This document shows positions 12,033 through 20,734 of a DNA stretch of 64,000 nt, piece by piece. The stretch comes from Gekko japonicus (Eukaryota), in contig NW_015164187.1 in the NCBI RefSeq assembly GCF_001447785.1, positions 676,552 through 740,551 on the forward strand, given 5' to 3'. The first letter of the stretch is position 1, and each line of letters starts with the position of its first letter. The notes under the pieces were generated by a model that was not told the origin of the DNA, did not search any database, and saw nothing but the letters and a program-made list of their open reading frames with translations. Both the position numbers and the translations under genes were made by a program.

Positions 12033-12167
12033 TCAGAGTCCTTCATCATTGTACATAGGAGCAGCTGGCTTGACGATGCTTTGGGCATTCATTTCCACAA
12101 GGGGGCGCCAAGAAACTTCTCCAGACAGCAGCAGGTCTTCTCCAGGGATAGCATCCAGGTGCTGCAC
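12033..12167 (-). CDS. UQCC1: UQCC1 last coding exon (VQHLDAIPGEDLLLSGEVSWRPLVEMNAQSIVKPAAPMYNDEGL*)
   Basis: gtcag acceptor, 135 bp to TGA. The C-terminus 'GEDLLL.GEVSWRPLVE.N.QSI.KP..P.YNDEGL' is diagnostic of UQCC1. Confidence 0.97.
   Translation of the reverse strand: MQHLDAIPGEDLLLSGEVSWRPLVEMNAQSIVKPAAPMYNDEGL
12095..12108 (+). promoter_or_regulatory. Candidate CTCF motif CCACAAGGGGGCGC inside the last UQCC1 coding exon
   Basis: 13/14 match to the CTCF core CCAC(C/T)AGGGGGCGC, with an intact CpG. Confidence 0.5.
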
Positions 12168-12696
12168 CTGACATTCACAACAAGAGTAATACAAGTCACT
12201 CTGGGATTTATTAAAAAGAGTAATCCCCCAGTCTGACTATTACACAACCACCAAAGGAAGCACTGCGGGGGTAATTTGAATCTAATGATATTTCTTGTTA
12301 CGTGAGGCTAAAAGGGCAAATTAGTTGCCAAACAGGTGCTCTTAAACAGAAAAAGAAAGACAAAAGTAATTACATGCATCTGAATATTAGGGATCAGTTT
12401 GTCCTTTTCTAAAATAGATGATGAACTTTGGCCTGTAATGAAGAAATATGCTCCCATCTGCATTTAGGCTGCCTAATGAAAATATGGTAGAATTACCTCT
12501 GAAGATGGACAGAAGAATTTAGCAGTCTTTGAACAGCAAACACATGCATGAACCTGTCTCTCTGACCAAAAATGATCAAACTCAGTTTGCCTCTACAACA
12601 TTTTAGGGATTTCCATCTGACACCAGACTGAAAAAGACGGATTTTTCCTATGCACTGTAAATACCCATGAATGGGCAGGAACACTGCAAATATTTC

Positions 12697-12754
12697 NNNN
12701 NNNNNNNNNNNNNNNNNNNNNNNNNNNNNNNNNNNNNNNNNNNNNNNNNNNNNN
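12697..12754. other. Assembly gap (N run)
   Basis: Run of N. Confidence 1.
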
Positions 12755-13911
12755 GCAGCCTGGTAGGCTACTTAAAATCTATATCCCATCTTGAGGTACA
12801 AGCCAAAGATCAAGATAAAACTTTATGACTTGGGTAGCTCCAACCATCACACATAGGCATAATGGAACTTTTAAAATCTTGAATCTGTTTCCAGCTCTGG
12901 GAACAAAATGCAGATCTCTTCAAAGAAACTACTTAACCAACATGGATGACCCAGTGATGAAGGAATTAATCCAGGTATTGTTCTCTGTTCAGCTTCATGT
13001 TTTCCTGACCTAAGGCAATTTTCCCTTTAGCAAACTGCTGATGGTCTTCCTTTACCTCCAGTGTAAAGATAAGAACATTAAATACAGTGAGGCGATGGAG
13101 TCAATGTGACTGCTTTAACCAGATGGGAAGCACAAGCAACATGAGGCAGAATGATAGGGAGTGACTTCCTTCTCAGTGAACACACATTTTATTGGTTTAT
13201 AGGATAGCCATGCATGAGATTTTAACACTGGCCAGTAAGCACAGTGCCATCTTCTCTCCAAACAGATGATCACAGAATCATAGAATGATTCCATGCTGGA
13301 CGTATTTCCTGCACAGATCCATAATGGCAGATTATGCCTTCCACTGTTATAGCAAACTAAAGTTTGCAAAACAAAATTTCAAAATTTAGAGAAGGACCTG
13401 TGGTGAAGGTATGGGACACTGACATCTAATTAACAGGATGATGACATCATGCAAAATAAGTGTTTGAATCTCACTCCGCTACCTATATTTAACACTACAT
13501 GAATCTATGAGCTTATGCTGATGTAACAGGACTCTGATTTCTTAACCACTGTTAAGAGACCAGAAAAATGCACTCCCTTCTTCCAGGTTTTCAGTTTTCC
13601 TGTGCAAATTCCCCCACTTAATGGTTTAGACTTACCTCAACAGACACTTTAACTATGGTTAACACATCATTTCTTTCAGGGTTTCAAAACTCTGGTTAAC
13701 ATTAAGCTTTACTTAGGGTTAATCACAACTATAATCTGTCCTAAGAAACACCTTAACAATGGTTAAGGTTGATAGAGGAATTTGTAGTGATGGGAAGGCC
13801 AATCCATCACCCACAGGGCTCCTTAGATTAGCTCTGTTTGGGAAGCAAGCACAAATATTTCCATTGTTTGAAGAAGAGTGAAAATATCAACACTCCAAAC
13901 AGACTACCCAC

Positions 13912-14025
13912 CTGCTTGCGTATATATTCCACCATTATTTCTAGACGCCTTGGATCATCACACTGTTTATTAAACAGATTTCTCCAGATGGCTGCTGCAA
14001 GTACATGGTCATCTGATAGGATTCC
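13912..14025 (-). CDS. UQCC1: UQCC1 penultimate coding exon (GILSDDHVLAAAIWRNLFNKQCDDPRRLEIMVEYIRKQ)
   Basis: 114 bp, ttttag acceptor, gtgggt donor. Matches 'GILSDDH.LAAA.WR..FN..C.DPR.LE..VEY.RKQ'. Confidence 0.96.
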
Positions 14026-14323
14026 CTAAAATAAAGCAAGAAAAACAAAAAAAAAAGGGAAAATATAAAGCTCTAAACAGTAGACCAGGTTCAGGCTTAA
14101 TTCATTCTTCTTCAATTGGATCCTTCCTTCAGGAGATACCATTTGAAATGAATGTAGCCAAACCCATGAAAAGTTGCAATTTTCAAAAAGCATATTCAAT
14201 TCCATCCCCACCTCCCTTTTATTCACATATTATGTGTACAACGATGTGTATTTCATGCATAAGCTGGTACTGGGAGTAGTATTTAGAAAATAAAGCAAGC
14301 TTCTATCTTTCATGGCTGCAAAG

Positions 14324-14746
14324 TGTCAGCAAGCTGCCATTCTGTTTTCTGTGACCTCTGTGTACATATCCTTTCCCTGTTGCACCCGGCTTGTTTTCTA
14401 TCATCCTGCTCCTGCGTTGGAATGCACAAGATAACTGCTGGAGGTTGTGTGGGGGAGAAGATGCTGTAATGCTTGCCTATTGCTTTTCTCATGAGTACTG
14501 CACCTGTGTTTTGTCTGATGTTCTGCCTGGTTCCCATGGACTGGGCGCGCAACCGTTTCATTAGCCCGCCAGCGGGAATGCTATTCATTGGATCTGTATC
14601 TGTTTGAATTTCCTTTATTATGCTTGACCTAACTGTGTATCCCCAGTTCTAACAAAGAACGTGTTTGAGTATGTCTTCAACGCTTTGAAATAAATTTTGC
14701 TTTTCTTGAAAACGTGGATTTATTCTCGATGCTTGGGGATCCAACA
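14324..14746 (+). repeat. LTR copy 1
   Basis: TGTCAGCAAG...GGATCCAACA; reads identical to LTR3. Confidence 0.95.
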
Positions 14747-15109
14747 TATTGTTAGAACTGGGGATACACCACCTGGGGGGGGGCTGTGGTCACCCGTGCG
14801 CAAGCGCGATCGATTCCGCGCTCTGATGACACTTCGCCTTCCCTTTTCCCTGTGGGGGGGGGCCTGGGTTCAGAAATATATGTCTGCTTTTACTGCTGAT
14901 GATGATGCCTCCCTGAAAACGTTGCCAGATTGTGTCCGTAGCCCTGAAGGTCTGATTTATTCTGGAGACAAACTGTATGTGCCTATTTCGATGAGGAGGG
15001 AGGTGATGGATTCTGCTCACGGTTCGAAACTGGCGGGGCATTGGAGTTTTGTTAAATCTCCCGCCCGACCCGGGAGGTGTGTTGTAAGTGTATTTTAAGG
15101 GGGGCAGTA

Positions 15110-15532
15110 TGTCAGCAAGCTGCCATTCTGTTTTCTGTGACCTCTGTGTACATATCCTTTCCCTGTTACACCCGGCTTGGCTTCTATCATCCTGCTCCTG
15201 CTTTGGAATGCAAAAGATAACTGCTGGAGGTTGTGTGGGGGAGAAGATGCTGTAATGCTTGCCTATTGATTTTCCCAGGACTACTGCACCTGTGTTTTGT
15301 CTGATGTTCTGCCTGGTTCCCATGGACTGGGCGCGCAACCGTTTCATTAGCCCGCCAGCGGGAATGCTATTCATTGGATCTGTATCTGTTTGAAGTTCCT
15401 TTATTATGCTTGACCTAACTGTGTATCCCCAGTTCTAACAAAGAACGTGTTTGAGTATGTCTTCAACGCTTTGAAATAAATTTTGCTTTTCTTGAAAACG
15501 TGGATTTATTCTCGATGCTTGGGGATCCAACA
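15110..15532 (+). repeat. LTR copy 2 (internal, diverged)
   Basis: About 10 substitutions versus LTR1 and LTR3 by manual count. Confidence 0.95.
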
Positions 15533-15579
15533 TATTGTTAGAACTCTCTTTCTCCTATCGTTCCGAATCTGGCAAGATC

Positions 15580-15996
15580 ATGAGCGGAATTGAGGGAAAT
15601 CTACCTAACACGGAGGGGGACTCGGGATCGGTCCCACAAACCTCCGCGTCTTTGGTGTTCACGACTGCAGCCTCGATGGAGGGTGCCGTGGGGGGAACGA
15701 TTCCCCGCCTGCCTGCACATCTGTCTTGGCCGCCTCCGACCCCTTCGCAATGGGGTCCGCGGAAGACTCACCAGCAGGATGATTGGACTATGTACAACAC
15801 CCAAGGCACCCGTGAGGTGTACTCCCGTCGGGGGAGCGGATTACGTGAGAGTCTGTTTGACAAGGGATTGTTCCCGGAACCTGGGTCTACCTCGGAGAAG
15901 GGGAGCCCCAAGCAGGACCTCGAGGAGTGGATGTTCGAGCCGTCGGGACCGCGTGGTCACGCAGAAGATGAGGAGGGCACCGGAGCCCTTACCTGA
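15580..15996 (+). pseudogene. Truncated gag-like 5' ORF of the LTR element
   Basis: ATG about 35 nt after the PBS (MSGIEGNLPNTEGDSGS...), open until the junction with the pol 3' end. Gag identity is inferred from position only. Confidence 0.55.
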
Positions 15997-16110
15997 TCCG
16001 TAGTTTCCACAAGAGGTTCCCGGACAAACCGGGAGGTCTCCCGCCCAGCCCGGGAGATCTCCCGCCCGACCCGGGAGGTGTGTTGTAAGTGTATTTTAAG
16101 GGGGGCAGTA

Positions 16111-16533
16111 TGTCAGCAAGCTGCCATTCTGTTTTCTGTGACCTCTGTGTACATATCCTTTCCCTGTTGCACCCGGCTTGTTTTCTATCATCCTGCTCCT
16201 GCGTTGGAATGCACAAGATAACTGCTGGAGGTTGTGTGGGGGAGAAGATGCTGTAATGCTTGCCTATTGCTTTTCTCATGAGTACTGCACCTGTGTTTTG
16301 TCTGATGTTCTGCCTGGTTCCCATGGACTGGGCGCGCAACCGTTTCATTAGCCCGCCAGCGGGAATGCTATTCATTGGATCTGTATCTGTTTGAATTTCC
16401 TTTATTATGCTTGACCTAACTGTGTATCCCCAGTTCTAACAAAGAACGTGTTTGAGTATGTCTTCAACGCTTTGAAATAAATTTTGCTTTTCTTGAAAAC
16501 GTGGATTTATTCTCGATGCTTGGGGATCCAACA
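16111..16533 (+). repeat. LTR copy 3
   Basis: Preceded by the PPT and followed by the TSD. Confidence 0.95.
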
Positions 16534-16559
16534 CAAAGATCCATGTGTGCAAATGCCTG

Positions 16560-18235
16560 ACTACTGGTCTAGCTGCAGCCTTTGACACAGTAGATCCTGC
16601 TATCCTGTTGAGGCATCTGGAGGCAGAAGTAGGTATCAGAGGATGTGCCCTTGGACTGTTTCAAATTGTTGCAGACAAACAGGACTCTGCCTTTGGAGAC
16701 CAGCTATCTTCCGTATGGGAGCTATCTTGTGGAGTTCCACAGCGTGCAACCTTTCATGTTATTCTACCTCTCTATAAAATCTTTAGGAGAAATCATTTGT
16801 AGCCTTGGAATTGGATGTTATTAATATGCAAATGACACCCAGCTCTGTATCCCTCTGTCCAAATCCCCTGGTGTTGAGCTGCAGGCCAACTGCTGCAGTC
16901 AAATGGTTGAAAGTTGAACAAACTGAAACCAAACCTAAATTTATTGATTTATCTGTTATTTATAGTCCACCCTTTTCACTTGGACAAGGCGGATTACACA
17001 GAGCGAGTCAATATAATTGACATGATGGGACATTAAATAAATAGTGGAGTAGGAATTAGGGTTGCCGAACCAACCAGAAATCTACAAACAGAACTGAAGC
17101 AAAGCATAAATATTACTATGACACATAAAATGATATAAAAATTACATAGTGGGACCTAGATCCTGCAAGCTACACACAGGAGTATAGACAATGGTCGCCA
17201 GCCACCTCTGGTCACCAGTGGGCTGAGTTTCGGACTGGCCACAGAGCCATAAGACCCTGCTCTGATGAGCCCAGTTGCTGTGACAGAGCATGGGAAGAGG
17301 AGACCTCGCAGCTATGAGGGTCCAAGGCCATGACTGGATTTGTATGCAACAGCTAATACTTTAAATTGAGCCTAGTACCTGATGGGCAGCTAGTGAAATG
17401 CCTGCAGGATGGGAGTGATATGCGTGCTCCATCTAGCTCCCGATTATAGCTGAGCCACAGCATTCTGCACCAAGTGGTGTTTCTGAATAGATTTTGAGGG
17501 GACACCAATGTATAGTGCATTACAGTAGTCTAGACTCCATGTTATTGTGGCACGGATCCAGGTGGCCAGATCAGCTGTATCAAGGTAAGGGGACATCTTT
17601 CGGGCTAGGCTGGGTCAGAAGAAAGCCTTTTCCTCAGCTGCATTAACTTGGTTCTCCAGTAATAACACTGAGTCTAGTATAACCCCAAGGTTCTTAACTG
17701 AGTCAGCAAGGGTTGGCTGTTCAGGATTCAATTCCAAATTGTTCACTCTTAGCTAATTACCACAGCAACTAGGCAGTGACCTCTATTGCATTACCAGGGC
17801 ATTTGGATAAGGATTTACAGAGCCCAGTATCTGCATGCACATCCAACACCAAAGCTGCAAATGATTTGTCTTAAGAGCTTTACATAGAGATTGAAAAGCA
17901 TGGTGGATAGAATTGCATCCTGTGGAATGCCACGTGATAGGTTCCACACTGATAACAACTGGTCTCCAACAGCAACTCTTTGAGTCTGATCCGTGAGGAA
18001 TGATTTCAACCAGTTCAGTGTGCATCCCCGATACCTACTTCTGCTTGCAAATGCCTCAACAAGATGGTATGATCTCCTGTAGTAAAGGCTGCAGATAAAA
18101 CCTTGAAGGACATTGCATTTCCCACTTTTGATAGGGTTCAGGTGACCCTTGTTGATTCGGTTAAGAGCCTTAGGTGTTATTACTGGACCCAACATTGCAG
18201 CTGGTGAAACAAGTTAATGCAGCTGCAAAAAAATT
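16560..18235. mobile_element. Degraded L2 pieces: plus-strand RT fragment (16560-16935, 18110-18235) interrupted by a minus-strand L2 of similar family (about 16937-18110)
   Basis: AAFDTVD...GVPQ on +; GIPQDAILSTMLFNLYVK on -; L2 tail near 16940. Confidence 0.7.
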
Positions 18236-18767
18236 GCAAAGCTGAACTATTCAAGAGGGCAGTCTTATACAAGTAATAGGACTATATTATAATGGAATGC
18301 TTCAGAAAGATGCTTTAAAGAAGGGAGAGGGCCTGTGTGTGTGTATATATATAGTACAAACTGTCATAAACTCGTGCTTACATGTGTGTTGCGTATTCGT
18401 GTGCATGTAAAATGGGTTCCTCTTCTTCGTGCTACCACTCCAAGGTATCAATCCAGCCTCCCATGTTACCAGTGACTTGGGGGGGGGGGTTCACTAGTAA
18501 AGACTGCCTCTGATCGAGTACAAAGGGCAGAGTTTCCCACTTACTTCAGCCCGTCTCCTGTGCGTGTGTATTTAAGCATGTTTATCATAAATGAGTGATC
18601 TAAGGCACACAAGGAGGACTTTGAATTACAGTCTGCTCTCTTAAACAGGAAAAAAGTTATTGCTATAGATTAAGTTAGAGCACAAGAAAGGGAAAAGAGT
18701 ATCACGCCTCCTGGTTTACAGGTCTGTTGAAAAGAACAAGAAACATAACACTAACCTAAACTAACAC

Positions 18768-18970
18768 ACGAAGCTGCTTTGTATTGAATCAGACCACTGG
18801 TCCATCAAGGTCAGTGTTGTCTACTCAGACTGGCAGCAGGCTCTCCAGGGTCACAGGCTGAGAGGTCTTCCACATCACCTACTGCCAGATTATTCAACTG
18901 GAAATGCCAGGGATTGAACCTGAGACCTTCTGCATGCCAAGCAGATGCTCTGCTACTAAGCCACAGCCCC
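18768..18970 (-). mobile_element. tRNA-derived SINE
   Basis: Minus strand GGGGCTGTGGCTTAGTAGCAGAGC...GGTTCAATCCC (A/B boxes). Confidence 0.8.
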
Positions 18971-20066
18971 TGTAACCAGACATGTCTGTGGAACAAATGC
19001 ACATCCTGACCCCCACCTGCTCCATGGAAGGGAATCTGACCTCCAGCATTTGAACAAAGATGAATGGATGTTTCAGCCTTTTAACCCTTCCTACCTTTGT
19101 TGGTGGGAAGTCTCTCCCCACTTTTGGGAACTTGCCCAATGTGGAGAGGTGAACCTCAATCTCCCAGTCAAACTAGGGCACACATCCCACACATCTCAAT
19201 ACCATGATCATGTTCTACAATGGCTATCCATCTTGCCCTCCCTGCCAGATAGGCAAATGGCTCTCTTTCTGCGGAAATAAATCTCTGCGCTCTCTCACCG
19301 CTTGGTGCATTTTATGGCTCTCTTCTCCGGGAAAACAACAGCTGTCAGGACCCCAGGATCTCCCTGATGCACTCCAAATCACAGCACATACTACCTATTG
19401 CTGTATGTATTACCCTGCTTTGTAATTTCTGCTTTGTTTAATATGTCATGTTAAAACCTATGCTTTGTTTTAGCTCTGACTCAGATTTCTAATTGGTTCC
19501 AGACATCTGCAATCCTAATCCTATTACGCTGCTTACTGGATGTCCCATCCTGTTGACTGTACTGATTTATACTGTGTAATCTGCCTTGCAGAATATTTAT
19601 TTATGTCATATATAAACTTTACAAAGCCATTCACATGTCTGAGCAGAACTACCATCACCTGAAGTGTAAGCAGTTAGTTCCCGGTATTAAAAGAAAAACT
19701 CAAAAGGTTGTGTAAAAGGTTCAGCTATGAATCCAGAATCAGACCATGCCAGATTTCCTGCAAAACATACAGTGCTCTAGGTGCAAAAGATACTCCCCAA
19801 GAGTTTCTGGCCAAATCACCTAACTAGCTTCAGTCCTCATCCCAGAAAGAGAATAGGTTAGGCAGGAGAGCACTTAACAAGCACATTAATTTAATTGGCA
19901 TAATCCATAGTTTGCAAAATCACAAATATTTGTCACAGAAATTAGCTCAATTTTGTGCAGAACTTGATTTAACACCCCCCCCAAAAAAAAACCCCAGAAC
20001 CCTCACTTGTTTATTTTGTCTTTTATACATGTGGTGCTAATTGTGTAATTAAGTAATTAATATCAC

Positions 20067-20144
20067 CTCATCATATCCAAAAATTGCTGCATAGAAGTTT
20101 TCTGTCATGTTCTTCATACTTTCTTTCAGGGCAACAGAATCAAT
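20067..20144 (-). CDS. UQCC1: UQCC1 coding exon (IDSVALKESMKNMTENFYAAIFGYDE)
   Basis: 78 bp, ttttcag acceptor, gtgata donor. Matches 'MT..FYAAI.GYDE'. Confidence 0.95.
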
Positions 20145-20204
20145 CTGAAAACAAAACAGGCACAATTAAATGTTTAAGTACAGAGTAGGGCAACCAAGGT
20201 AATT

Positions 20205-20734
20205 TCCCTATGAGGAAAGGCTGAAGAGTCTGGGACTTTTCAATTTAGAAAAGAGATGACTAAGGGGGGGGGGGTATGACAGATATTTATAAAATTATGC
20301 ATAGGGTGGAGAGAGATGACGAAGAAATTGTTCTCCCTCTCCCAAAATACAAGAACTCAAGGGCATCCAATGAAGCTGATGGGCAATGGGTTCAGGGTGG
20401 ACAAAAGGAAACACTACTTTACACAAAGAGTGATTAAAATGTGGGAGTTGCTGCTAGAGGATGTGGTAATGGCCACAGGAATAAACAGCTTTAAAAGAGG
20501 ATTAGATAGATTCATGGAGGATAAGTCTATAAGTCTACTAGCCAGGGTGGCTAAGGGGAACCTCCACTTTCAGAGGCAGTCAATCCCTGAATTCCGAGCA
20601 AGGAGGTGACATCAGGGGAAGGTCTCAGCCTCTACGCCCTGTTGTTGGCCATCCAGAGGAACCGGTTGGCCACTCTGTGAGACAGGGTGTTAGACTATTG
20701 GTCTTATGCAGCAGGGTTCTTCTTATGTTCTTAT
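20205..20734 (+). mobile_element. CR1 LINE 3' fragment
   Basis: PYEERLKSLGLFNLEKR...TRTQGHPMKL...FTQRVIKMW; TTCTTATG tail. Confidence 0.88.

Larger units (their letters stand above)
14324..16533 (+). mobile_element. Non-autonomous Ty3/Gypsy (chromovirus, Tf1/sushi-like) LTR element with three 423-bp LTRs
   Basis: LTRs TG...CA at 14324-14746, 15110-15532 and 16111-16533. 5-bp TSD CAAAG at 14319-14323 and 16534-16538. PPT AAGGGGGGCAG before LTR2 and LTR3. Integrase Zn-finger remnant (LYVP..RREVM..AHGSKLAGH) and pol C-terminal remnant LIRSFHKRFPDKP. Confidence 0.92.

Noticed and set aside
14310-16375. Three similar minus-strand ORFs starting MNSIPAGGLMKRLRAQ, resembling a tandem gene family
   Set aside because: They are antisense readings of the three LTR copies, with different ends and no recognisable domain.
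14324-16533. Repeat-spacer-repeat pattern resembling a CRISPR-like array
   Set aside because: The repeats are 423-bp TG...CA LTRs with PPT and TSD in a vertebrate genome, and there are no cas genes.
18900-18970. tRNA gene
   Set aside because: It is the head of a repeated SINE family and continues into SINE body sequence.
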